64,000 bases of DNA. Origin: Candidatus Rubrimentiphilum sp. (lineage in GTDB: Bacteria; Vulcanimicrobiota; Vulcanimicrobiia; Vulcanimicrobiales; Vulcanimicrobiaceae). Numbering within the stretch: the stretch's first letter is position 1; each line of letters opens with the position of its first letter. The notes beneath the pieces were generated by a model, which saw only the letters and a list, made by a program, of their open reading frames with translations, had not been told where the DNA came from and ran no database searches. The translations under genes and the position numbers were made by a program. Location of the stretch: assembly GCA_036273135.1 (NCBI GenBank), contig DASUIF010000003.1, positions 122,742 through 186,741 of the forward strand, read 5' to 3'. This document shows positions 1 to 9,178 of this stretch, piece by piece.

Positions 1-1
1 C

Positions 2-637
2 GCCGATTCGCACTTTTCGAAGAGCGGCATCGAGTCTTACCTCGGCGTGGAGCCGGAACGGATAACGGTCGTGCCGCTGGCCGCGGACGAACGCTTCACG
101 CCCGGTAAGCCCGAAGAGCTTCCCGCGCCGCTGCGGGATCGACGGTACGTCCTCTACGTCGGAACGCTCGAAGAGCGTAAAAATGTCGCAACGCTGATTG
201 CAGCGTGGCGCAACGCTTTGGCGCCGCGAGGCATCGCGCTGGCGGCCGTGAGCGGCGGCGATCGTCTTCCTGACGGCGTGGTCGCGCTGCGCGATCTCGC
301 CCCCGGGCGCTTTCGCGACATCTATCGCGGCGCGTTGTGTCTGGCTTTTCCCACATTGTATGAAGGCTTCGGACTGCCGGCGCTCGAGGCGATGGCGTGC
401 GGCACACCCGCCGCGGTCTCGCGCGTCGCCTCTTTGCCGGAAGTCTGCGGCGAAGCCGCGTGGTACGTCGATGAACCGCAAAGCGTCCCGGCCTGGGAGG
501 CGGCGCTGCTCGACATTGCATCCTCGGAGGAGCTGCGCGCGGACCTGTCGCGGCGCGGTCTGGAACAAGCGGCAAAATTTTCCTGGGATGCAACCGCGCG
601 CGCGACGCTCGACGCACTCGTAGAGGCGGGCGCGTGA
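2..637 (+). CDS. Glycosyltransferase family 1 (GT-B), C-terminal part; 5' end lies upstream of the window
   Basis: The frame is open from nt 2 (ADSHFSKSGIESYLGVEPERITVVP...), so the GTG at 47 in the ORF track is not the true start. Carries the GT1 block FPTLYEGFGLPALEAMACGTPAAVSRVASLPEV. Confidence 0.8.
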   Translation, partial: ADSHFSKSGIESYLGVEPERITVVPLAADERFTPGKPEELPAPLRDRRYVLYVGTLEERKNVATLIAAWRNALAPRGIALAAVSGGDRLPDGVVALRDLAPGRFRDIYRGALCLAFPTLYEGFGLPALEAMACGTPAAVSRVASLPEVCGEAAWYVDEPQSVPAWEAALLDIASSEELRADLSRRGLEQAAKFSWDATARATLDALVEAGA

Positions 638-1521
638 GCGCGATGCGTTCGGCGGCGCATCTGATCGTCGGATCGCGCGAGGAGCCGTTCTTAGGGTCGC
701 TGCTCGAATCGATCGCCGGCGCTGTGGACGCGCTGGTTGTAAACGACAATTCGCTCGGGGTCTCGCCGCACGAAGAAACGCTGCGCGCCAGCTGGTTCGG
801 ACGCACGGGACGGCTCTTCGTCGACCGGGCGCCGTTCAGGGATTTTTCCGCGGCCCGCAACCGGTGTTTGGATCTGCACGCGCAGATCGGCGGCGGCGCG
901 TGGGCGGCTTTCGTCGATGCCGACGAAGTGCACGGTGAAGCGTTCCGCCGGCTTGCGCGCAACGTCGATACGGTGCCTCCGGAGTATGACTTTGTGGATG
1001 CGTACACGTGGCATTTCTTTCAGTCTTTCGATCTTTACACGTCGATCGAGCGCCGGATGGCGTTTTTTCGGGTCAAGTCCGGCGTGCGTTGGGAAGGCCC
1101 GGTTCACGAGCAGCTGCGCGGACTCGGCGGCCGGCGGCTCGCGCTGCCGTACGTGTACGCGCATTACGGGCACGTGCTGCCGCCGCGGCGGCATGCCGAA
1201 AAGGGACGGCAGTACGCGGGCCTTGGGCAGATCGGCGAGGTCGTTCCCGAGGAAAGGCTCGACGCGATCGATCCGGCCGTCTATTTTCGCAACATCTGGC
1301 CGATCGTTTTACGGTTCACGGCGCGGCACCCTGAAGCCGCGCGAGCGGTGGTCGCCGAACTGCGGCGAGAATACGCGGGCGAGCAGGCCCGGGCAGCGGA
1401 ACTCGCGCGGGCGGCGCAGCCGCCGCTGGTGCGGGTCCGCAACGCCGTCCTCAAACTCAATTACGAGCAGCGCTGGCGTTCGCGCTTTGCCAACCCGCTG
1501 GCCCGGCGTTTACTGCGCTAA
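634..1521 (+). CDS. Glycosyltransferase family 2-like protein
   Basis: 295 aa. GTGA start/stop overlap with the upstream GT1 gene. GT-A style layout: LIVGSREEP...VVNDNS...DFSAARNRCLDL...FVDADEV. Confidence 0.55.
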   Translation: MSAMRSAAHLIVGSREEPFLGSLLESIAGAVDALVVNDNSLGVSPHEETLRASWFGRTGRLFVDRAPFRDFSAARNRCLDLHAQIGGGAWAAFVDADEVHGEAFRRLARNVDTVPPEYDFVDAYTWHFFQSFDLYTSIERRMAFFRVKSGVRWEGPVHEQLRGLGGRRLALPYVYAHYGHVLPPRRHAEKGRQYAGLGQIGEVVPEERLDAIDPAVYFRNIWPIVLRFTARHPEAARAVVAELRREYAGEQARAAELARAAQPPLVRVRNAVLKLNYEQRWRSRFANPLARRLLR

Positions 1522-2538
1522 GTTTTGCGCGATCGCTTTGGAGAACGCGTCGACGTCCTCCGGGCGCGTGGCGTGGTGCGTCATCCACCGCACCTCGGGC
1601 ATCGTTTCGTTGAAGACGTAAAAGAAGAAGTGCTTTTGAATGCGTTCGATGGCGCCGCGGTCGAGGGTCGCGAAGACGGCGTTGCAGCGGACGGGGCGCG
1701 TGATGCGCACGCCGGGAATGCCGGAAAGCGCGCTTTCCAATCTCTTGGCCATGGCATTGGCGTGGCCGGCGTATGTGCGCCAACGCTCGTCTTGCAGCAG
1801 CGCCGAAAATTGAGCCGCGATAAAACGCATTTTTGAAGCCAGCTGCATTCCTTGTTTGCGCGCGAACGGCGCGGCGCCGCGGTGCAGGCTGCCGTCGAAA
1901 AAAACGACGGCCTCGCCTCCCATGAGCCCGTTCTTGGTTCCCCCGAAGCTCAGGACGTCGATACCGAGATCGCGAGAAGCTTCGCGCAAGCCTAAGCCAA
2001 GCGCCGCCGCGGCATTCGAAATACGGGCGCCGTCCATGTGGACGTACCAGCCTTGTGCGTGCGCGAAGTCGCAGAGCTCGCGCAGTTCGGCCGGTTCGTA
2101 CAGCGTGCCGAACTCCGTCGATTGCGAGATCGAAACGACCCGCGGCTGAACGTGATGCTCCTCGCGGGAGGGATGCGCGAAAGCTTTCAAGTCTTCGAGC
2201 GTCAGTTTTCCGTCGACGCACTCAACCGCCAGCAGTTTGCAGCCGGCAAAGCGTTCGAACGCGCCGCATTCGTCGGTCTGCAGATGAGCGGTTGCGGGGC
2301 AGATGACGGCTTCGTACGGCTGCGTGAGACAGCTCAACGCTACGACGTTGGCGCCGGTGCCGTTAAACGTAAAATACACGTCGCTCTCGGATCCGAAGAT
2401 CTCTCCGAACGTCGCCTTCGCGCGATCGGTGTACGGATCGTGCCCGTAACCGACGGCGTCGCCATCGTTTGCCCCGACGATCGCTTGCAGAATCTCGGCG
2501 GCGATCGGCGCGTTGTTGTCGCTGGCGAAGGTGCGCAC
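1510..2538 (-). CDS. ltaE: Low-specificity L-threonine aldolase (PLP-dependent, beta-eliminating lyase family)
   Basis: 342 aa. N-terminus FASDNNAPI, then YGHDPYT, FTFNGTGANVVAL, HMDGARISNA, and SFGGTKNG (PLP lysine). GTG start 1 nt after the stop of the upstream gene. Confidence 0.85.
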   Translation of the reverse strand: MRTFASDNNAPIAAEILQAIVGANDGDAVGYGHDPYTDRAKATFGEIFGSESDVYFTFNGTGANVVALSCLTQPYEAVICPATAHLQTDECGAFERFAGCKLLAVECVDGKLTLEDLKAFAHPSREEHHVQPRVVSISQSTEFGTLYEPAELRELCDFAHAQGWYVHMDGARISNAAAALGLGLREASRDLGIDVLSFGGTKNGLMGGEAVVFFDGSLHRGAAPFARKQGMQLASKMRFIAAQFSALLQDERWRTYAGHANAMAKRLESALSGIPGVRITRPVRCNAVFATLDRGAIERIQKHFFFYVFNETMPEVRWMTHHATRPEDVDAFSKAIAQNLAQ

Positions 2539-2539
2539 G

Positions 2540-4294
2540 TTACGTAGGTTGGGCCTGCAGCGCCTGCATCTCGGCGCGAATCAATTCGCGCAGCAGGCCG
2601 ATGTCGACACCCTCGTACCGCGGTCCTTCGCGCGTCAGCAATTCGTACGCGGTACCGGCGCGATGCGCGACGAGCGCGAGCGCATCGATCTCCTCGTTCA
2701 AGTAGTGCGTACGTTCGCGTTTGGGGCCGCAGACCAGCGCGCCCAGCAGCGCGCCGCGCACGGTCATCGGCAGCAGCAGCGCTTCGCTTAGCGGGTGCTC
2801 GCCCAACTCCATTTCGAAGGGCTCGTTCCAACGGCGCAGCCGGACGATCACAGGATCGTTGACGCCCAGCTCGCCGGGCGCGTGGGTACCGCGTTTGAGC
2901 TCGTACCTGTTGCCGTCTTCGAGATAGATCCCGGCATACGTGCCTTCGATATTCTCGCGCACCGTGCCGTAGACGAGATCCAAGAGCGAGCGTGTATCGG
3001 TGACGACGTCGGCCTCTAATGCGAGCCTTCGCAGCGCTGCCATCGCTTTTTCGCGTTTACCGAAGAAGAAGGCGTTCAGTTTACCCTCTACCGCCGCGTG
3101 TATCGATCGCGCCGAGAGCCCGACGCCCAGTGCGATCGCCAGCGGCACGGCTTTTCCCACCCATCCGCGAGCAACGTCCGCTCCTAAGCCGCGCTCCACA
3201 ATCTGTGCGGCCACCCATTCGCCGGCAATGAAGAGCGCGACGAGCGTAATAGAGACAAAACCGAAGATAGCCGCCCGGCTAAAGACGATCGTGAGATCGA
3301 CCAAGCGGTGGCGCAGAACCGCGTAGGCGATCGCGAGCAGCGGAACGTCTTGAAAGAGCGACATCCACGGAAACCATGGCTGCGGGTTGGGATCGATCAT
3401 GAGGCTGACGTTCAGCGGTAGCCAGCCGAGCTGAGAGAGAATGAGCGCGCCGCCGACCCAGCGCATTTGGGCGCGATGATCTTCCCCGGCGCGCAGCATC
3501 CCTTCGAAAGCGCCCCCCAGCAACACGATCGAGATGAAGATCCACACTAAACTTTGCAGCCACAGGGGGGCTGCGGAACCGGCGATTTGCGTGAGCTGAG
3601 CTGCCGGTACGATAAAAGCGGCGTAGATCCACAATTGCACGGCGGCCGCGACGGCGATGAGCGGAAACGCCATCCGGCGCAATACGGTTCTAAACGGTGA
3701 CGTAAACGGCGGAAAATTGCACACGATAAGCAGCAGCATGTAGGTGTTCACCCAGCTGGCGGCGGAGCCCAAGACGTTGCCGGAGAATGAAAGTGCCGGC
3801 GAACTTGCCACGTTCGCGTACCAATAGAACGCCATTTGCATCGCGTAGGCCACAAAAAATAACGCCAGCCAGTGGGCAATTTTGCCCGCGCCGCGCAACG
3901 CGACCAGTACGCCCGTCGCCGCGAAAAGCATCAACACGATCAGCGCGAGCGGCCCCTGCTCCAGGGGTTTTGTCGCGGTGTACTCGGTTGTCACGATGTG
4001 CGCCAAGCGGACCTTTCCATCTCGCACGAGCGGAAGCGTCAATGGCTGCCCCGCGCGACTGTAGGCGATGGCAAAATTTTCACGCGCCGTCAGTCGGGTA
4101 AGCGCAATAACGTCCCCGGCGCGCAGCCCTTGCTGCTGCGCGGACGATTGCGGATAGACACGGGTGACGACCGGGTCGCCGTTGTCGAGCGTGCGAAAAT
4201 CGAAACCGATCATGCCGCCCCGGTACGGTTGGGTGAGGGCGAAAATCCCGAGCGCTACGGCAACAAAGGCCAGCGCTAATACAGCCAGCTTCAT
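2540..4294 (-). CDS. Polytopic membrane protein with N-terminal PDZ-like and C-terminal GAF-like domains
   Basis: 584 aa. Signal/TM, then a PDZ-like segment (GLRAGDVIALTRL). About 9 hydrophobic helices follow, then a soluble C-terminus with a GAF-like pattern (LLLPMTVRGALLGALVCGPK...YLNEEIDALALVAHRAG). Confidence 0.6.
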   Translation of the reverse strand: MKLAVLALAFVAVALGIFALTQPYRGGMIGFDFRTLDNGDPVVTRVYPQSSAQQQGLRAGDVIALTRLTARENFAIAYSRAGQPLTLPLVRDGKVRLAHIVTTEYTATKPLEQGPLALIVLMLFAATGVLVALRGAGKIAHWLALFFVAYAMQMAFYWYANVASSPALSFSGNVLGSAASWVNTYMLLLIVCNFPPFTSPFRTVLRRMAFPLIAVAAAVQLWIYAAFIVPAAQLTQIAGSAAPLWLQSLVWIFISIVLLGGAFEGMLRAGEDHRAQMRWVGGALILSQLGWLPLNVSLMIDPNPQPWFPWMSLFQDVPLLAIAYAVLRHRLVDLTIVFSRAAIFGFVSITLVALFIAGEWVAAQIVERGLGADVARGWVGKAVPLAIALGVGLSARSIHAAVEGKLNAFFFGKREKAMAALRRLALEADVVTDTRSLLDLVYGTVRENIEGTYAGIYLEDGNRYELKRGTHAPGELGVNDPVIVRLRRWNEPFEMELGEHPLSEALLLPMTVRGALLGALVCGPKRERTHYLNEEIDALALVAHRAGTAYELLTREGPRYEGVDIGLLRELIRAEMQALQAQPT

Positions 4295-4309
4295 GGCCGT
4301 TCTCTTCGA

Positions 4310-5806
4310 CTATTCGGCCGCCATTGCCGCTGCCGCGGCCGCGGCCCGCCGCGAGGGCCGCATGAAGATGACCAGCGGCGCGCACGCGAAGAAAATGATC
4401 GCCGAGAGCCTGAAGAGATAGTCGTAGGCGTTCAGGGCCGATTGCTGCGCGACCAAGCTGGTGAGGATCGGTATCGAATACCCGTGTGCGTTGGTAACGC
4501 CCGAGGCCAGTTCGCTCCACGCGATCGCGCTCTGACGCGCAAGCAGCGTCGTGAGAATCGCGATGCCGAAACTGCCGCCGAGCTGGCGGATCAGCGCCGA
4601 GACGCCGGTCGCGCCCGCGAGTTCTTCCTTAGGAACGGCTCCCAGCGTCACAGTCGTGAGCGGCACGAACATGAAGCCGAGTGCGAGCCCCTGCCAGACG
4701 CGCGGCCAAAAAACGTCCCAGTATCCGGCGTCTTGCGTCAGGCCGCCCATCCACCACGTCGAAAGGCCGAAAAGCAGCATTCCGAAGATCACCATTGCGC
4801 GCGAGTCTATGAACCGCATCAGCGCACCCACCATCAGCATGCTGATCGCCGTCGCGATCGCGCCCGGCAGCAGCGCCATTCCCGTTTGGAATGCCGTGAA
4901 TCCGAGGATGGTTTGAAAGAAGAGCGGCAAGATCAAACTCGTCCCGAATAATCCGAATCCCAAGACGATGCCGATGATGTTGCCGATCGTAAACGTCCGG
5001 AACCGGAAGACGCGGATATCCACCAGCGGATAACGGTCGCGGATCGTCTTGTAAACGAACCACGTCAGCGCGACGACCGCGACGATCGAAAGCGTCCAAA
5101 TCGTGCCCGAATCAAACCAGTCGTCGTGCTGTCCGCGCTCGAGGACGTACTGCAATGACGCGAGGCCCGCGGTGAGCAGCCCAAGACCTATCCAGTCGAC
5201 GCCGCCTTTGGGTTTCTCCAAGAAGTGCGGGTTGGGGATGAACATGAGCGTCATCAAGAAAGCCGTAACGCCGATCGGAATGTTGATGTAGAAAATGAGC
5301 GGCCAGGTGTAGTTGTCGATGATGTATCCGCCCAGCGTCGGACCGACTGCCGGACCAACCATCGCTCCGAGTCCGAAGATTGCCATCGCCGCGCCGCGCT
5401 TTGCCGGCGGATAGGTTTCGAACAAGATCGCTTGCGCGGTCGGCTGCAGCGCGCCGCCCCCGAAGCCTTGGATCACGCGATAAAAAACCAGCTGCCAAAT
5501 GCTGTGCGCGGTGCCGCACAGCAGCGACGCAATCGTGAAGATCGCCAGGCAGCCGGCATAGAAATTTTTGCGTCCGAGATAGGCGGTCAGCCAGCCGTTG
5601 AGCGGCATGACGACGACGCTGGCCAAAATATAGCCCGTCGCTACCCAAGCGACCTCGTCGATCGACGCACCCAAGTTTCCGGCGATGTCGTTGAGCGCTA
5701 CGTTCACGATCGTCGCGTCGATAATGGCCATGATCAGCCCGAGCATGACGGTGATCGTGATCAGTGCGACCGGCGCGTTCGCGCGCGCGCGGAAGGGGTT
5801 GGACAC
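4310..5806 (-). CDS. MFS transporter, DHA2 (EmrB/QacA-like, 14-TM) family
   Basis: 498 aa, 14 hydrophobic segments. Motifs: IVNVALNDIAGNLGAS, GWLTAYLGRKNFY (motif A-like), GFGGGAL. Paralog at 22750-24273. Confidence 0.85.
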   Translation of the reverse strand: MSNPFRARANAPVALITITVMLGLIMAIIDATIVNVALNDIAGNLGASIDEVAWVATGYILASVVVMPLNGWLTAYLGRKNFYAGCLAIFTIASLLCGTAHSIWQLVFYRVIQGFGGGALQPTAQAILFETYPPAKRGAAMAIFGLGAMVGPAVGPTLGGYIIDNYTWPLIFYINIPIGVTAFLMTLMFIPNPHFLEKPKGGVDWIGLGLLTAGLASLQYVLERGQHDDWFDSGTIWTLSIVAVVALTWFVYKTIRDRYPLVDIRVFRFRTFTIGNIIGIVLGFGLFGTSLILPLFFQTILGFTAFQTGMALLPGAIATAISMLMVGALMRFIDSRAMVIFGMLLFGLSTWWMGGLTQDAGYWDVFWPRVWQGLALGFMFVPLTTVTLGAVPKEELAGATGVSALIRQLGGSFGIAILTTLLARQSAIAWSELASGVTNAHGYSIPILTSLVAQQSALNAYDYLFRLSAIIFFACAPLVIFMRPSRRAAAAAAAMAAE

Positions 5807-5824
5807 TAGGGCTCCGGCCGCCGC

Positions 5825-6031
5825 ATGGCATATCCTGATGGCATGAAGGTGCTGCTCGAGATCTTAATCGCGATAATCCTGCATCCGGTTGCATGGATAT
5901 TGGTCTTGATCGATCTTGCCGGCCGCGACGATCTAACGACGGCGCAGAAATTCATCTGGGGCGTTTTTTCGATCCTCTGGGGAATCGGGCCGATTCTCTA
6001 CATCCTCGTGGGTGGAGGCAGCCTCTGGTAA
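5825..6031 (+). CDS. Small membrane protein, PLD-nuclease-N-terminal (PLDc_N)-like
   Basis: 68 aa, two TM helices, KFIWGVFSILWGIGPILYILVGG signature. The true start may be the ATG at 5843 (MKVLLEIL). Confidence 0.55.
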   Translation: MAYPDGMKVLLEILIAIILHPVAWILVLIDLAGRDDLTTAQKFIWGVFSILWGIGPILYILVGGGSLW

Positions 6032-6256
6032 CTAGGTAACCGGCCCTCGCAGGTCAGCGATCATCCTGCACATCTCGATCGCGTAAAACTCGAAAGCCTT
6101 CACCCGAAGGTGCGTTTCGGGCAAGTTTCTTCCGATCATTTCCTGGAGCAATCGCTCGCACTCGGCGTCAAAGGGCATCGGGCGATCCGAAGCCGCGTAG
6201 GTCTTCGCATATGCCTTCATCTCGTCCCAGAGCGCGAACGTCGAGTTCATCATCAT
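6032..6256 (-). CDS. Hypothetical protein (74 aa)
   Basis: ORF with balanced composition, divergent from the MCO-ZIP gene. No recognisable motif. Confidence 0.3.
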   Translation of the reverse strand: MMMNSTFALWDEMKAYAKTYAASDRPMPFDAECERLLQEMIGRNLPETHLRVKAFEFYAIEMCRMIADLRGPVT

Positions 6257-6272
6257 AAATGCAACGGGGCAT

Positions 6273-6288
6273 CTTTCTGCTCAGAAAG
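6273..6288. promoter_or_regulatory. 16-bp palindrome CTTTCTG-CT-CAGAAAG in a divergent intergenic region (candidate operator)
   Basis: Read directly. 7+2+7 perfect inverted repeat between the starts at 6256 (-) and 6331 (+). Confidence 0.3.
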
Positions 6289-6330
6289 CAGTCAAAGATA
6301 GTCGTACCCGGATAAACTTCTATTCATCCG

Positions 6331-8259
6331 GTGCCCGAAATAAATGAGGCAAAGCCTCATCCCCTGAACAAATTAGGCGTGCCGAATTCGATCGTCAGGC
6401 GAGGCTTATTCGCCTTAGTGCTGCTCTTAGGGGTCCTCAGCGTAGGCCCGGCCTGGGCGGACACCGACGAGACGACGCCCGGCGTCGATCCGGCCGCGGT
6501 CGGCATGCAGCCTCTGCGCGGAGCTATCCCCGCCGCGACCCCTTACCCGGGCGAATCCAGGTTGAGCCGCCGCGAGGACGGGACGTTCGCAGCCGTTGCG
6601 CAATCCAGCGGCCGCACGCGGACCTTTCACCTGGTGGAGCGCGATGCCCCGTGGACGCTGCAGCCCGGGCTGACGGTGATGGCCAAGACCTATAACGGCG
6701 TCGTCCCCGGGCCGACGCTGGTCGTACGTCAAGGCGATCGCGTCGTTATCGATTACCGCAACGAACAGAGCGTTCCCGACACGCTGCATCTGCACGGCAT
6801 CCACGAGATTCCCGTGAGCATGGACGGCGTGGCGGGCATTTCGCAGCCGCTCGTCATGCAAGGCCTATCTTACCGATACGTTTTCACCGCGGATACGCCC
6901 GGCACGTTCATCTATCACTCTCACGACAACGAGGAGATGGTTAACAGCGGTCTCTATGGCGCGATCGTCGTCTTACCGGCCCATCCCTCAGGTGCGGAAC
7001 GATCGGATCGCGACGACGTCGAGGTGCTGTCGTCGTGGGCGATCCAAAGTCTGAGCGAAAATCATTTCACGATCAACGGAAAAGAGTATCCGTACACGGC
7101 GCCTATCGAGGTGCGCAAAGGGCAGCGCGTTCGCGTTCGCTGGATCAACGTTTCGGGCGAAAGCATGCACACGATGCATACGCACGGACATTATCAGCGT
7201 ATCGTCGCACGCGACGCGCAGCCGGTCACGTACCAAGATATCGAGGATACGGTTTTCTTGGGGCCGGGAGAGCGCGTGGACGTCATTATCCAAGCCAATC
7301 AAATGCCCGGAACGTGGGTCGTGCACTGTCACGTGCTCGACCACGCCGAAGACGGTTCGGGCTTGCCCGACGGCCTCATTACCGCAATTCATTATGAGGG
7401 TACGCCATATACCGGCGCGGCCATGAACAAAGCCATGCGCGCGATGCTGCCGTCGTTCGGCCATCCGCGCAGCGGTCTCTCATTCGGAATGACCGTGCTG
7501 TTGGGCGCGATCGCGGGACTCACGATATTTTTCGGATTGCCGGTCGCGCGAATGCGCAACGTTTCGCCTTCGGTGATGGCCGCCCTCAATGCGCTGGCGA
7601 TCGGGATCCTCGTCTACTTAGTTGTGGAGATCGCCGGAAGTGCGACGGCGCCGCTCGTCCAGGCCGCGCGCTTCTGGCATGGCGGCGGTGCGCCTCTAGG
7701 AGTCATTTCCCTCGCGATCGCCTATGTGGGCGGCCTCTTTGCCGGGCTCGTCGGCTTGGGCTTCGTTGCCAACAAACTCAGCAGCCGCGCCGCGTCGTCG
7801 GTTCACCAGCCGCTGGTGCTGGCAGCGGTCATCGCGATCGGCATCGGCGCGCATAACTTTGCCGAGGGCCTGGCTATCGGCGCTTCGGCCGCAAGCGGCG
7901 CGACCGCGATCGCGATCGGGTTGATCGTCGGATTCGCGCTTCACAACGCGACGGAAGGTTTCGGAATCGCCGCGCCGCTTGCAGGGCGGGTGATTCCGTC
8001 TTGGCCGCAGCTCGGCTTGGCCGGGCTCGTCGCCGGCGGTCCGACGTTCCTGGGTACCGTTGTCGGCTACACGTTTCAATCGCCGATCCTTTCCGTGTTG
8101 TTCTTGGCGACGGCGATCGGTGCGCTCGTTTTCGTCATCGGAGAGATTTGGGCGGTGCTCAGGCGCAACTTGGGCATCACGCCGCTGGTTACATCGATGC
8201 TCGCGTGCGGATTTTTGATCGCGCTGACGACCGAGCTGTTCTTGGATTTAAGCGGATAA
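6331..8259 (+). CDS. Fusion protein: multicopper oxidase (cupredoxin) domain + ZIP-family metal permease domain
   Basis: 642 aa continuous ORF. The N-terminal half carries the copper-ligand motifs HLHGIH, YHSHDN, HTMHTHGH and HCHVLDHAEDG. The C-terminal half is polytopic with the ZIP/ZupT-like motifs HNFAEGLAIG and HNATEGFGIA. Confidence 0.75.
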   Translation: MPEINEAKPHPLNKLGVPNSIVRRGLFALVLLLGVLSVGPAWADTDETTPGVDPAAVGMQPLRGAIPAATPYPGESRLSRREDGTFAAVAQSSGRTRTFHLVERDAPWTLQPGLTVMAKTYNGVVPGPTLVVRQGDRVVIDYRNEQSVPDTLHLHGIHEIPVSMDGVAGISQPLVMQGLSYRYVFTADTPGTFIYHSHDNEEMVNSGLYGAIVVLPAHPSGAERSDRDDVEVLSSWAIQSLSENHFTINGKEYPYTAPIEVRKGQRVRVRWINVSGESMHTMHTHGHYQRIVARDAQPVTYQDIEDTVFLGPGERVDVIIQANQMPGTWVVHCHVLDHAEDGSGLPDGLITAIHYEGTPYTGAAMNKAMRAMLPSFGHPRSGLSFGMTVLLGAIAGLTIFFGLPVARMRNVSPSVMAALNALAIGILVYLVVEIAGSATAPLVQAARFWHGGGAPLGVISLAIAYVGGLFAGLVGLGFVANKLSSRAASSVHQPLVLAAVIAIGIGAHNFAEGLAIGASAASGATAIAIGLIVGFALHNATEGFGIAAPLAGRVIPSWPQLGLAGLVAGGPTFLGTVVGYTFQSPILSVLFLATAIGALVFVIGEIWAVLRRNLGITPLVTSMLACGFLIALTTELFLDLSG

Positions 8260-8260
8260 C

Positions 8261-9178
8261 GTGACGGCCCGCGCGCAATTCCCCGGCGAGCAAAGCGGCG
8301 GCGAGTTTCAGCGCCAGGGCGATGCTTTCCGCGAGCCGATTGCGGGAGAAGCCGGGCGTTATCATCTCTATATTTCGTGGGCGTGTCCTTGGGCTTCACG
8401 CACGATCATCGCGCGCAAGCTGAAGGGCCTCGAGGACGCGATCGGCATGAGCGCCGTCGATCCGATCCGCGACGAACGCGGCTGGGCGTTCCGGGACGGT
8501 CCCGGATACTCGCGTGACCCGATCAACGGCTTTTCGTTTTTGAGCGAAGCCTATGCCGCCGCCGATCCGCAGTACCGCGGACGTGTGACGGTGCCGGCGC
8601 TTTGGGACAAGCATACCGGAAGGATCGTCAATAATTCCGACGACGACATCATGCGCGCATTCGAAACGCAGTTCGAAGCATTTGCAACAAAACACGTCGA
8701 TCTCTATCCCGCGGCACACCGCGACGAGATCGACGCGCTCAACGAGCTCATCTACGAAACGGTCAATAACGGCGTCTACCGCGCGGGCTTTGCGACGTCG
8801 CAAGAATCTTATGAAAGGGCGGCATACGGCGTCTTTGAGACGCTCGACCGTTTAGAAGAGCGCTTGGCGCACCGCCGGTATTTGATCGCCGGGCATCCTG
8901 TGGAGACCGACTGGAAGCTGTTCGTGACGCTGATCCGTTTTGACGCGGTCTACTTCGGCCATTTCAAATGCAACCTGCGCCGCATCGTCGACTATCCTCA
9001 CCTTTGGGGCTATCTGCGCGATCTCTATCAGATGGACGGCATTGCCGAAACCGTGAATTTCGACCACATTAAACGTCACTATTACGTGACGCACGATGAG
9101 ATCAATCCCACGCGGATCGTTCCGATCGGACCGACCCTCGATCTCTTGGCGCCCTCGGGCCGCGAGAAACTCACCTAA
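8261..9178 (+). CDS. yqjG: Glutathionyl-hydroquinone reductase (Xi-class GST, YqjG/ECM4 family)
   Basis: 305 aa. Motifs: YHLYISWACPWASRT (CPWA catalytic motif), GRVTVPALWDK, VNNGVYRAGFATSQESY, HFKCNLRRI, GIAETVNFDHIKRHYY. Starts 1 nt after the stop of the MCO-ZIP gene. Confidence 0.9.
   Translation: MTARAQFPGEQSGGEFQRQGDAFREPIAGEAGRYHLYISWACPWASRTIIARKLKGLEDAIGMSAVDPIRDERGWAFRDGPGYSRDPINGFSFLSEAYAAADPQYRGRVTVPALWDKHTGRIVNNSDDDIMRAFETQFEAFATKHVDLYPAAHRDEIDALNELIYETVNNGVYRAGFATSQESYERAAYGVFETLDRLEERLAHRRYLIAGHPVETDWKLFVTLIRFDAVYFGHFKCNLRRIVDYPHLWGYLRDLYQMDGIAETVNFDHIKRHYYVTHDEINPTRIVPIGPTLDLLAPSGREKLT

Noticed and set aside
96-1007. 303-aa minus-strand ORF across the GT1/GT2 genes
   Set aside because: Arg/Ser/Ala-rich antisense artefact. 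The plus-strand genes carry glycosyltransferase motifs.
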